Part shown: positions 27,966-37,675 of the stretch, in pieces | Numbering within the stretch: the first letter of the stretch is position 1 | Layout of the letters: the number at the start of each line of letters is the position of its first letter | NCBI GenBank assembly: GCA_030599585.1 | Contig: JAUVNS010000008.1 | Span: forward strand, 128,001 to 192,000 | Reading direction: 5' to 3' | Source: Promethearchaeota archaeon | Lineage (GTDB): Archaea > Asgardarchaeota > Lokiarchaeia > Sigyniarchaeales > SOKP01 | Length of the DNA stretch: 64,000 bases | Translations under genes and position numbers: made by a program | The notes under the pieces: model-generated | The model's input: only the letters and a program-made list of their open reading frames with translations | The model's database searches: none | Told to the model about the DNA's origin: nothing

Positions 27966-29120
27966 TTACGCTCCTTTTCTAAGTAAATTAGCAGCAATTA
28001 CTAATCTTTGTATTTCACTGGTTCCCTCGTAAATTTCGCCCATTTTAGCATCTCTGAAATACCGTTCTACAGGGTATGCTTTCATCAACCCATAACCGCC
28101 GTGAATTTGAACAGCACCATGAGCTGCTAGCATAGCTGCTTCAGATGCAACTAATTTCGCCATAGCACTTGCCATACCAAAATCCGCACCAGTATCATGC
28201 AGATAAGCAGCTTTATACGTAAATAACCGCGCTGATTCAATAGCACAAGACATATCGGCGATTTTCCATTGGATAGCTTGAAACCTTCCAATAGGTTTGT
28301 TGAACTGGACTCTTTCGTTTGCATATTTAATTGAAGCTTCTAATGCTGCTTGTCCTAATCCTACACATTGAGCGGCAATACCTATTCTACCAAAGTCTAA
28401 AATTTTCATAGCCATTTTGAACCCCTCACCAGGATTACCTAAAATGTTCTCTTGGGGCACTCTAACGTCTTGAAACACAAGTTCAGATGTGTTTGAGGCT
28501 CGAACTCCCATTTTATCCTCTTTCACGCCCACAGAATAACCGGGGGTGTTAGCATCTACTATAAAAACGGTCAGTTTTTTTCTACTATCTTTTTCTCCAG
28601 TTTTAGCTACGACTAAAAGCGTTTTCGCAATTCCACCGGATGTTGCAAAGATTTTAGTTCCATTTAGAATGTAATCGTTTCCATCCTTAACAGCTGTTAA
28701 TTGAACGCCACCTGCGTCTGAACCCGCATTCGCTTCGGTCAAACAGAATGCTCCAATCTTATTTCCCTTAGCAAGATCAATCAGAAATTTTTGTTTTTGC
28801 TCTTCAGTTCCAAACTTATAAATCGGATAAGCGGCGACACCATTGTGTACTGCTGTTGTAATACCCCATGCTGCGTCTCCTCTAGAAATTTCCTCAATAA
28901 CAATACAAAATCCGATTGAATCGTTGTGGAGTCCAGCTCCTCCGTATTCTTCAGGTATACAACTCCCAAAAAAATTCATTCCTTTCATTCTTTGAAGAAC
29001 ATTATCGTCTAACTCTTGTTTTTCATCGCTTTCACGAGCAACAGGTACGATAAATTCTTCTGTAAACTTCCTTGTGACATTTTTTAACATTTTTTGTTTT
29101 TCACTTAACGAAAAATCCAT
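27966..29120 (-). CDS. Short/branched-chain acyl-CoA dehydrogenase (butyryl-CoA dehydrogenase-like)
   Basis: AFCLTEANAGSDA, LNGTKIF, KMGVRAS, GRIGIAAQ, QIHGGYG and EIYEGTSEIQ. Confidence 0.95.
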   Translation of the reverse strand: MDFSLSEKQKMLKNVTRKFTEEFIVPVARESDEKQELDDNVLQRMKGMNFFGSCIPEEYGGAGLHNDSIGFCIVIEEISRGDAAWGITTAVHNGVAAYPIYKFGTEEQKQKFLIDLAKGNKIGAFCLTEANAGSDAGGVQLTAVKDGNDYILNGTKIFATSGGIAKTLLVVAKTGEKDSRKKLTVFIVDANTPGYSVGVKEDKMGVRASNTSELVFQDVRVPQENILGNPGEGFKMAMKILDFGRIGIAAQCVGLGQAALEASIKYANERVQFNKPIGRFQAIQWKIADMSCAIESARLFTYKAAYLHDTGADFGMASAMAKLVASEAAMLAAHGAVQIHGGYGLMKAYPVERYFRDAKMGEIYEGTSEIQRLVIAANLLRKGA

Positions 29121-29157
29121 AAATTCATCAACTAAGTTTTTTTACTTTTATATTTTA

Positions 29158-29169
29158 AATGCATACTAT
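29158..29169. promoter_or_regulatory. AATGCATACTAT box upstream of the acyl-CoA dehydrogenase
   Basis: Exact repeat of 27844-27855, about 38 nt upstream of ATG 29120. Confidence 0.45.
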
Positions 29170-29233
29170 AATTTAAATTACCTTAAAAGATGTAATCTTA
29201 CCGCTTAAGAGTCGTAGTAAATAGTATTCCTAT

Positions 29234-30007
29234 CTATGTTTCTGATCTTTTTAAGAAGTTTGTTAACTTTTTTTTAGGTTCTCCAGAGGAAAACCGCTCA
29301 TGGAACGCATTACATTCCATTTGAAATCCTTCCTCGTTGCTGTAAATCCCCATTTTTATCAATTGCTTACTTAGTGTGATTGCTTTCCCTGAATTTTTAA
29401 TCATCATGTTTGCTACTTCTTTTACTTTAGTTTCAAGATCTCTTAAAGGGACGAGTTCATTAATCAAACCAATCTTTAGAGCCTCTTCTGCATTTATGAT
29501 TCTTGAAGTAAATATGAGGTCTTTAGCTTTTGAAGGTCCTATTAAGCGGAGTAATCTTTGAGTAGATCCAGCAGCAGGAGTCATTCCCCATTTCGTCTCA
29601 ACTTGCCCAAATTTCGCATTGTCGGCGGCAATAATGATGTCAGTACACAACATGAGCTCAAATCCGGCAGTAAGATTTAACCCTTTAATTGCTGAAATAA
29701 CGGGAATAGGTAAATTTTCTACCATTTTATAGATCTTCTGGAGATGTCTTGTCATATCTCCCGCTTCTGATTCTTCTAAAGTTACAAGCCACTTAATATC
29801 AAGACCTACCGTGAAGATTTCATCGAGTGACGTAGTAATTACTAAAACGCGAACTTCTCCTAAATTCTGTTTAATGTCTTCTTCTAAAATTCGTTCCAAT
29901 TCGTCAAAAACATTAAGATCAAAGGCGTTTTTCTTATCCGGTCGGTTTAAATAGAGCCAAAAAATTTTATTTTCGAGTTTAATTAACCAGTATTTATAAT
30001 CTGCCAT
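29234..30007 (-). CDS. Enoyl-CoA hydratase/isomerase (crotonase family)
   Basis: LNRPDKKNA, AGFEL, FGQVETKWG and AEEALKIGLIN. Confidence 0.92.
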   Translation of the reverse strand: MADYKYWLIKLENKIFWLYLNRPDKKNAFDLNVFDELERILEEDIKQNLGEVRVLVITTSLDEIFTVGLDIKWLVTLEESEAGDMTRHLQKIYKMVENLPIPVISAIKGLNLTAGFELMLCTDIIIAADNAKFGQVETKWGMTPAAGSTQRLLRLIGPSKAKDLIFTSRIINAEEALKIGLINELVPLRDLETKVKEVANMMIKNSGKAITLSKQLIKMGIYSNEEGFQMECNAFHERFSSGEPKKKLTNFLKRSET

Positions 30008-30307
30008 GATTATAATTATATTTTTTCGTAATTTAATAATTTTTTACTTAAATTCAGTAGACCTTTAACAGTGAAGGAATTAAAAAAAAGAGATAATTTA
30101 GGCATTCATATGAGGTTAATTCTACAACTATTTTAATCCTAAATTTGAGATGAAATTTACTTTTTAAAAATTTTTTTCGAATTTTATGTTAATTGTATAA
30201 ACTAGAATGTTAAGAATATTATATTTCTGAGCCCCTATCTTTAAAATTTCTAATACTTGCAATATAATTGTAATAAGTAATAATTTAAATAAAAAGGTGT
30301 TAAAAAA

Positions 30308-30676
30308 TTGAGTACAATCATGAAATTAAACAAAACATTCGAACGCCTATCTTTAGAAAATGAGGAATTCAAGGAAGAATTAACTTTTTTCAAAAAAAAT
30401 GTCATCCAAGTAAATATGCCTGACTCTGATTTCAATTTCTGGATTGAATTTGGAAACGGAGTATACTTAACTGAAAAGGGAGTAAAAGATAATCCACCGA
30501 TTACGTTCACTATTCCTGAGAAAAACTTGACTTTAATTCTTGAAGGAAAACTTGTATGGTTTGGTGAGTTTTTCAATGGAAATCTCAAAGTTGAAGGCGA
30601 TCTTCAATATACATTAGTTTTCTTTGATATCGTAAAGTTAGCATTAGAAATTACTAACGAAATAGGAGGTGTGTAA
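30308..30676 (+). CDS. SCP2 sterol/lipid-binding domain protein
   Basis: C-terminal FFNGNLKVEGDL signature; about 120 aa. Confidence 0.8.
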   Translation: MSTIMKLNKTFERLSLENEEFKEELTFFKKNVIQVNMPDSDFNFWIEFGNGVYLTEKGVKDNPPITFTIPEKNLTLILEGKLVWFGEFFNGNLKVEGDLQYTLVFFDIVKLALEITNEIGGV

Positions 30677-30677
30677 T

Positions 30678-31430
30678 TTGAATAGGACATTTATATGGGG
30701 TCATCGTGGAACTGGATTCACAGGTACACAAAATACTATGTCTTCTTTTCGGAATGCAATTCATGATATGAGAGTCGATGGAATAAAAACGGAAACAAAG
30801 TTATCAAAAGAAGGTGAAGTCGTATTAAGTTATTTTAATACTCTTAAAATAAACGGGGAAGATGTTCCAATCCAAGAATTAACTATAGAAGAAATCAAAA
30901 AATTTGAACTCGAAAATAATGAAACAATCCCTACTTTACGCGAAGTTCTTGAAGCGTTTGAAAGTTATGATACTAAATATAATTTTGACATTGCAAATCC
31001 TGAAGAGGGAATAGGAATCATCAGAACCGCTAAGGAGTATGGATTAGTAGATCATATAGAACTCGCTAAACCTTCAACACGCCCAGATTCTCTCAGCAAT
31101 TTTTTTACTGAAATTAGAAATTTCGATAAAAATGTAACTTTGATCAATTCTGTCTTCTTAAAACATTCAGTAATTGAAGATAAACATCTAGAACTCGAAG
31201 ATATGAGAAAACTAAACATCAAAGGTTTTAATGTAAACTACAATTTAGCAAATTTCGAACTATTTAAAAGAGTTAAAGAACATGGGTTCAAATTTTGTGT
31301 ATGGGGCGTTCTTTTTAAAAGATCAATGAAAAATTTTCTTACTATGAACTACAAAGGTGAATACATAGACGCAATAATGTCAAATCAACCAGGAAGATTA
31401 GTAAAATTCCGTAATGAATTTCAAAACTAA
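30678..31430 (+). CDS. Glycerophosphodiester phosphodiesterase-fold protein (degenerate active site)
   Basis: WGHRG, QNTMSSF, IPTLREVL and VWGV..DAIMSNQP. TTG start after an AGGAGGTG SD. Confidence 0.8.
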   Translation: MNRTFIWGHRGTGFTGTQNTMSSFRNAIHDMRVDGIKTETKLSKEGEVVLSYFNTLKINGEDVPIQELTIEEIKKFELENNETIPTLREVLEAFESYDTKYNFDIANPEEGIGIIRTAKEYGLVDHIELAKPSTRPDSLSNFFTEIRNFDKNVTLINSVFLKHSVIEDKHLELEDMRKLNIKGFNVNYNLANFELFKRVKEHGFKFCVWGVLFKRSMKNFLTMNYKGEYIDAIMSNQPGRLVKFRNEFQN

Positions 31431-31522
31431 ATATTTCTTTTGTTTTCTTCTTTTTTTTAACAGATATTGAATTTAAAGGATATCTTGAATGTTTGGTATA
31501 TTATAATAAAAAAAAGGGTGTT

Positions 31523-31825
31523 TTAGTGCCCATCTTGGACTCCTAGTACGACTAAGTTTTCGAGACATTTTATACCTCTTATTTCATCAGCTTTTATAAA
31601 GATAAAATCGTTCTTTTTCAGATTAACTTCTTCTACATTTTTTGTAAAAATTCCCGAACCACTTAAAACTAGAAAGAAAACAGCGTAAGGTTCCGGGTGG
31701 GGCTTTATTTCCAGTCCTTTTTCTAAACAAACGCGAACTATGTTAAACTTCTTTTTTGATTTAACGATCCTCTTTAACGCCGGCTTTCCTGATAAAAATT
31801 CTAAATTTTTTAAAAAATCTGCCAT
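31523..31825 (-). CDS. Cupin domain protein (paralog 2)
   Basis: IKPHPEPYAVFFLVLSGSG; closely similar to the neighbouring gene. Confidence 0.85.
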   Translation of the reverse strand: MADFLKNLEFLSGKPALKRIVKSKKKFNIVRVCLEKGLEIKPHPEPYAVFFLVLSGSGIFTKNVEEVNLKKNDFIFIKADEIRGIKCLENLVVLGVQDGH

Positions 31826-31867
31826 AATTACGTCACTTTAGGTGCTCCTATATTTTTTTTAATAGTT

Positions 31868-32167
31868 TTAGTGTCCGTCTTGCACAGCTAAAAACACTAA
31901 GTTTTCAATACATTTAATTCCTCTTATCTCATCGGCTTTAATAAATTGAAAGCCATTTTTATTAAGGGTGACCTCTCCAGCTTCACTTGTAAATATTCCA
32001 GAGCCCTCTAACACTAAAAAAAATACGGCGTAAGGTTCTGGGTGTGGTTCTATTTCAAATCCTGTTTCTAAGGTGACACGATTAATATTAAACATTTTAG
32101 ATTTAATAATCGTCTTTAACAGAGGTTCACCTGATAAAAATTTTACATCTGAGAGAAAATCTTTCAT
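31868..32167 (-). CDS. Cupin domain protein (paralog 1)
   Basis: IEPHPEPYAVFFLVLEGSG; ATGA overlap with the ABC permease stop. Confidence 0.85.
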   Translation of the reverse strand: MKDFLSDVKFLSGEPLLKTIIKSKMFNINRVTLETGFEIEPHPEPYAVFFLVLEGSGIFTSEAGEVTLNKNGFQFIKADEIRGIKCIENLVFLAVQDGH

Positions 32168-32979
32168 TTTTTCATCACTTCCATTTTTTTTTTCATCATC
32201 ATCATCTTTTTCTTTTTGCCTGTTTCTGCTAATCTTTTTGGCATTGTTCTTTTATGTAGAATATAACCTAAAATAATCATACCAACGATCCAAATGAATA
32301 ACATACCAATATCAAATTGATACGTAAAGTAATTACTCCCACCTACGGAATATCTTAACAAATCCGTTAAAAATGTTATTGGAGAAAGAAATGCTAAAAA
32401 CAATAAGTGGGAAGGCATGGTTTGAAGAGGAATAAAAATTCCACTTATAAAAAGTAGAGGGAACTTAATTAAATTCATGATTATCATTACATCTGAAGTC
32501 ATATCTGTAGGGTTCGCTGCAATTAACAGACCAAGCGAAGAACCTAAGATTGACATAAGGACTATACCCAAAAATATTAAAAATATCCCAAAAAACGAGG
32601 TAAATACAATGGAAAATAGTAGAGCAAAAATAAGCGCTATTATTGATGTAATTATCAATGAATATAGAGATGAGGCAATTATTATCCCTAATAATATTTC
32701 CTTTAACGATATGGGAGAGACTAAAATTCGTTCCAATGATTTTTCACGAGTTTCAATAGGCAGCACCACAGGACTAATTGCTGTAGCAGTAAAGAACGAA
32801 GTCATAGATATAATTCCAATAAATACTTGATTGAACGAAATTTCTCTGCCAATAACCCAAGAAAGTGTCATAAAGAAAGGAAACATGAGACCAAAAATTA
32901 ACACTGGACCTTTTTTGATATAGAGAGAGATATTTTTTTTACTTAATATCCAAATCCTCTGTAAACTATCTTTTATCAT
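32164..32979 (-). CDS. ABC-2 type transporter permease
   Basis: About 6 TM; ETREKSLERILVSPIS, FISGIFIP and SPITFLTDLLR. Confidence 0.92.
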   Translation of the reverse strand: MIKDSLQRIWILSKKNISLYIKKGPVLIFGLMFPFFMTLSWVIGREISFNQVFIGIISMTSFFTATAISPVVLPIETREKSLERILVSPISLKEILLGIIIASSLYSLIITSIIALIFALLFSIVFTSFFGIFLIFLGIVLMSILGSSLGLLIAANPTDMTSDVMIIMNLIKFPLLFISGIFIPLQTMPSHLLFLAFLSPITFLTDLLRYSVGGSNYFTYQFDIGMLFIWIVGMIILGYILHKRTMPKRLAETGKKKKMMMMKKKMEVMKK

Positions 32980-33960
32980 TTATTTCCCCTCCCCTCTAGA
33001 ATCTTTATTAATTAGATGGATAAATACCTCTTCTAACGACGTCTCTTCTATTTTTAAATCAGAAATCTTTAAATTATTTTCTTCAGAAAATTTATTTAGT
33101 TTAGTTATATCCTTTAGAGCGTTAGAACTCGAAAAAACAAGATAATCGTTCTTTTCCTTCAAATTCTTAAACATTTTCTTCATCTTATTTTTTAGATCAT
33201 CGGATAAAACGCCATCAATTTTAAATATAATAGAATCTGTAGATTTAAATCGTTCGCGCAGGTTATTAGGACTCTCATCAGCAATTATTTTGCCTCTATT
33301 CATAATTAGAATTCTATCGCAGATAGTTTGCGCTTCTCGTAAGTCGTGAGTAGTGATTAAGATTGTTTTCCCTTCTTTTTTTAATTGAAGAATATAGGTC
33401 CTCATCATCTTAGCGGAAATTGGATCCAAACCGCTTGTAGGTTCGTCAAGAATAAGGATTGGTGGTTCGTGAAGTAATGCTAAACAAAAATTAAGACGTT
33501 GTTTGAGCCCTTTCGATAGTGTTTTTGTTTTAAAATGCCTTTTTTCAATTAATTCAAACTGGTTCAATAATTTTTTAGCTCGGATTTCGATGTCTTCCTT
33601 TGATATACCATAGATTCCACCTGAAAAATTCAAATTTTGCCAAACGGTATAATCTGAAAACGCATTACTAATTTCTGGAACAATTCCAAAATTCATTTTA
33701 TATTTATTTGGATTTTCTGTCATATCCTTTTCAAATATTTCAATTCTTGCCTGGTCATCTAATTTAAAAATACCCGTCAATAATCGAATTGTGGTGGTCT
33801 TTCCCGCACCATTAGGACCAAGGATACCTACAATTTCTCCCTTATTAATAGTAAAGGAAACATTGTCTACAGCAATAAGATCTTCAAATTCTTTTCTAAG
33901 ATTGAAGGCTCTAATCGCACATTTATCTTCTTTATTCGGATTTTGGATTTTTGTTGCCAT
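32980..33960 (-). CDS. ABC transporter ATP-binding protein (DrrA/CcmA-like)
   Basis: GPNGAGKTT, LSKGLKQR, LILDEPTSGLD and TTH. Confidence 0.95.
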   Translation of the reverse strand: MATKIQNPNKEDKCAIRAFNLRKEFEDLIAVDNVSFTINKGEIVGILGPNGAGKTTTIRLLTGIFKLDDQARIEIFEKDMTENPNKYKMNFGIVPEISNAFSDYTVWQNLNFSGGIYGISKEDIEIRAKKLLNQFELIEKRHFKTKTLSKGLKQRLNFCLALLHEPPILILDEPTSGLDPISAKMMRTYILQLKKEGKTILITTHDLREAQTICDRILIMNRGKIIADESPNNLRERFKSTDSIIFKIDGVLSDDLKNKMKKMFKNLKEKNDYLVFSSSNALKDITKLNKFSEENNLKISDLKIEETSLEEVFIHLINKDSRGEGK

Positions 33961-34181
33961 GTGAATAACATCCTACAAAATAAAACAATAGCACTTAAAA
34001 ATAATTTTCTTTGAGCATTATAATTACTGCTTTACAGATAAAGCCTATTGTATAAAATGCAGAACAAAATCAATCAATAATACAATTATTTTATAATCAA
34101 AATTTTTCAAGCAGCCATAAAATTATTTTAAATTGAATGAAAATTTAACATTACATAGCTAAATATAATGTGATTTTAACC

Positions 34182-35855
34182 ATGTTTGACAAAGATTATT
34201 TAGAAAAAATCAAAATAGAAAAGGAAAAGTGGGAAGAAAAATTAAAAGAATCAAAAGAGCGCGATGTTAAGTTCGTAACTGATTCTGAAATTCCTATAAA
34301 AAGGATTTATACTCCATTAGATGTTAAGGGGGATTATTTAGATACGGTAAATTTTCCAGGACAAGAACCCTTTACACGAGGAGTTTATCCTAGTATGTAC
34401 CGAGGGCGATTATGGACGATGAGGTTATTCTCCGGGCATGGAACTCCTGAAGAAACTAACTTGCGATGGAAGTACTTGTATGAAAATGGTGAAACAGGTT
34501 TCAGTGCTGCTGTAGATGCCCTCACATTTAACGGTATCGATCCAACGAATCCTGATGGTGCTCCAGAGGTCGGTACGTCTGGTGTACCTCTATATTGCAT
34601 TGATAGTCTTTTTGCTCTAACTGAAGATATACCTATAGATAAAATTAGTGTAGCTTTAGTCGTTGAGCCCTTTACGTGCGCTCCCGTCTGTGCAATGTAT
34701 TTTAACATGGCTAAAATGCGTGGCTATGATTTAAAAAATTTGATGGGAACAACTCAAAACGATATTTTAACGATGACGGTCGGGTACATCCCGTACAAGA
34801 ACAGTCCACCAAACCATTTGTTAAGGGTTGCGTGTGATTTTATTGAATGGACAGTAGCTCAGAAAAACGTTCCTCTTTGGCATCCTATCAATTTTACGGG
34901 ATATAACTACAGAGAGGGAGGCATAGACGCGGTTCAAGAATTAGGTTTCGTATTTGCGAGCGCTTGTTCTCACATTGATAATTTAATCGAGAGAGGTTGG
35001 AAAGCTGATGACTTTGTAGGTAGACTAGCTTTTCATTTAGCCGCTCATAAAGATTTCTTTGAAGAAATAGCCAAATACCGCGCAGCTAGACGAATTTGGT
35101 CTAAGCTCATGAAGGATAAATACGAAGTGAAAAACCCCAAAAATCTTGGTTTTAGATTCCACGTACAAACTGCAGGAAGCTCTTTAACTGCCCAGTTACC
35201 TATGATTAATATCGTTCGCACAGCGATACAAGGGTTAGAGGCTAATTTAGGGGGGTGTCAATCTCTTCATACTAACTCTTACGATGAAGCAATATGCTTA
35301 CCATCGGAACAGGCGGCTCTTGTTGCGTTAAGAACTCAACAAGTGATCGCAGATGAAACTCGAATTACCAATACGATAGATCCCTTGGCGGGGAGCTATT
35401 ATGTCGAATGGTTAACTGATGAAGTCGAGGAAAGAGTATGGAACTACATGGATAAAATTCAAAAAGTAGGGTCCATCGATAAAGCATTGTCTACGGGCTG
35501 GCTCTATAAAGAAATGCGAGACGCTTTCCATAAGAGAAGAACCCGTATGGAGAAAGGGGAAGAAATCATGCTTGGTGTCAATAAATATAACGTACCTTAC
35601 GATACGGTTACCGATGTTTTCAGAACATCAAAAAAAGCTATCGATATCGAAGTAAATAGGATTAATAAATTAAAAGCAAGGAGAGACAACGCAAAACTAG
35701 AGAAAATTTTAGACAAGTTAAGAACTGTATGCGAGAAGGAGGAGAATGTTATGCCCATAATAATGGAAGCTACAAAAGAAGGAGCCACTGTTGGCGAGAT
35801 ATGTGATATTTATAGAGAAATATGGGGCATATGGGAACCACCATTAGCTATATAA
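34182..35855 (+). CDS. B12-dependent acyl-CoA mutase, large (substrate-binding) subunit; non-canonical specificity
   Basis: PGQEPFTRGVYPSMYRGRLWTMR, GTTQNDIL, FEEIAKYRAARR, QSLHTNSYDEA, ALRTQQ and DPLAGSYYVE. Confidence 0.93.
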   Translation: MFDKDYLEKIKIEKEKWEEKLKESKERDVKFVTDSEIPIKRIYTPLDVKGDYLDTVNFPGQEPFTRGVYPSMYRGRLWTMRLFSGHGTPEETNLRWKYLYENGETGFSAAVDALTFNGIDPTNPDGAPEVGTSGVPLYCIDSLFALTEDIPIDKISVALVVEPFTCAPVCAMYFNMAKMRGYDLKNLMGTTQNDILTMTVGYIPYKNSPPNHLLRVACDFIEWTVAQKNVPLWHPINFTGYNYREGGIDAVQELGFVFASACSHIDNLIERGWKADDFVGRLAFHLAAHKDFFEEIAKYRAARRIWSKLMKDKYEVKNPKNLGFRFHVQTAGSSLTAQLPMINIVRTAIQGLEANLGGCQSLHTNSYDEAICLPSEQAALVALRTQQVIADETRITNTIDPLAGSYYVEWLTDEVEERVWNYMDKIQKVGSIDKALSTGWLYKEMRDAFHKRRTRMEKGEEIMLGVNKYNVPYDTVTDVFRTSKKAIDIEVNRINKLKARRDNAKLEKILDKLRTVCEKEENVMPIIMEATKEGATVGEICDIYREIWGIWEPPLAI

Positions 35856-35869
35856 TTGAGGTGTTAACT

Positions 35870-36268
35870 ATGAGTGATAGAAAAATTAGAGTTTTAATGT
35901 CAAAACCGGGTATTGATGGTCATTGGCGAGGCGGTATCGTAGTGTCCAGAGCATTAAGAGATGCTGGAATGGAACTTATTTTCGGAGGATTTCAGAATGT
36001 CAATCAGATAGTTGAAGCAGCAATTCAAGAAGATATCGATGTTCTTGGCTTATCCATACATAGTGGGGCTCATTTTGCGTATACAAAACAGGTGATCGAT
36101 TTATTAAAAGAAAAAGGTGTTTTCAAGGACATTCTCATTTTAGTAGGTGGGGTTATACCTGCACAAGACTTTCCAAAATTAAAAGAAATAGGCGTAGCTA
36201 ATGTTTATGGTCCTGGTTCAATGACAAGCGATATTGTAGAATTTATACGAGATAATGTAAAGAAATAA
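35870..36268 (+). CDS. B12-binding small subunit of acyl-CoA mutase
   Basis: KPGIDGHWRG (DxHxxG), GLSIHSGAH and GGVIP; GAGGTG SD. Confidence 0.93.
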   Translation: MSDRKIRVLMSKPGIDGHWRGGIVVSRALRDAGMELIFGGFQNVNQIVEAAIQEDIDVLGLSIHSGAHFAYTKQVIDLLKEKGVFKDILILVGGVIPAQDFPKLKEIGVANVYGPGSMTSDIVEFIRDNVKK

Positions 36269-36345
36269 TCTCATATTCATATTCTTTTTATTAATTCTTA
36301 AAAAATAAATCAGCACATTGTAATAATAATCTGAGCTGTAAAAAA

Positions 36346-37584
36346 ATGGTAAAATCTTTTCAAATCCCTTGGGCAGCATGGAGAGAGCCTGATTATTTGG
36401 AATTATCCTTTCCCGATTCCTGGGATGTATCTGCTTGTAGGATGAATGGTGCTGATGGACCTGTTTTAAATGATGATGAAATCAAACATTCGATTTTAAA
36501 TCCGATTGGGACTCAAAGGATATCGGAGTTAGCAAGATGTAAGGAAACTATAGTTATTGTAGTTGATGATATGACAAGAACTACTCCCGTATCAAGAATC
36601 ATTCCTCATGTCCTTGAAGAATTAGATAAAGCAAGTATAAATCTTGATCAAATCACAATATTACTGGCTTTAGGTGCCCACAAGCCAATGAATAGACAAG
36701 ACTGCATTCTTAAACTCGGAAAAGATGTAGTAAATACAATTAACATAGAAAATCATCATCCCTACGAAAACTTAACAAACTTTGGGGAATCCAAGATAGG
36801 CACGCCAATAGACGTTAATTCGACTTATTTGAAATCTGATTTAAAAATTTCTATTGGGGGTGTGATTCCTCATCCATTAGCCGGATTTGGGGGAGGTGCT
36901 AAAAATGTATTACCTGGAGTATGTGGAATTCGAACACTTGAGGCCAATCATTCTGCTGGTATGCGAGGGATTGGTGCGGGGATAGGGCGAATGACGGATA
37001 TTAGAAAGGATATCGAGGATATTGCCGATAAGGTTGGATTAGACTTTTCTATCAATGCAATCTTAACCGAATCAGGAGAAATTGCGGCCATGAGTTCAGG
37101 ACATTTCAGAGACGCCCATAGAAAAGCAATGGAAATAGGGAAAAGGAATTACTGTACTAAAATCACTATTAACAACCAAATTTGCTTCTTCAATCTATTT
37201 CCTGAGGATTCTGAACTAAACCAATCAATTAAGGGATTTAATTTTTTAATGAACGCTCCAAATAACATGCTCGAAAGAAGAGGTAGTATTGTTCTAATGT
37301 CGTCTTCATACGAAGGTCGAGGATATCATAGTCTGATTGCCGAAACAGGAGCTAAACTATATAAAAATATTGGTGATAGTATCGTATGGAAAGCATTTGT
37401 TAAAAAAAGAAAAGTATATTTCTTTTCACCAAATATTAGTGAACCTGAATTGTATCATTTTTATCCAAAGTCCGTGAAACTATATCACGATTGGAACAAT
37501 TTACTAGACGAATTAACCAAAGTCCATGGAGAAACTCCAAAAGCAGCACTCTTTCCGTGTAGCATACAATTAGCTGAAAAATAA
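36346..37584 (+). CDS. LarA-family (nickel-pincer) lactate racemase-like protein
   Basis: VVDDMTRTTP, ALGAH, PHPLAGFGGGAKNVLPG and ANH. Confidence 0.88.
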   Translation: MVKSFQIPWAAWREPDYLELSFPDSWDVSACRMNGADGPVLNDDEIKHSILNPIGTQRISELARCKETIVIVVDDMTRTTPVSRIIPHVLEELDKASINLDQITILLALGAHKPMNRQDCILKLGKDVVNTINIENHHPYENLTNFGESKIGTPIDVNSTYLKSDLKISIGGVIPHPLAGFGGGAKNVLPGVCGIRTLEANHSAGMRGIGAGIGRMTDIRKDIEDIADKVGLDFSINAILTESGEIAAMSSGHFRDAHRKAMEIGKRNYCTKITINNQICFFNLFPEDSELNQSIKGFNFLMNAPNNMLERRGSIVLMSSSYEGRGYHSLIAETGAKLYKNIGDSIVWKAFVKKRKVYFFSPNISEPELYHFYPKSVKLYHDWNNLLDELTKVHGETPKAALFPCSIQLAEK

Positions 37585-37675
37585 CATTAATTATTCTCTT
37601 TTTGGAGAATTGATTAATAAAAAAATAAAAAAATAATCTTACGATTTTTGGTTCTAATACTAATTTTGTGTTCTT

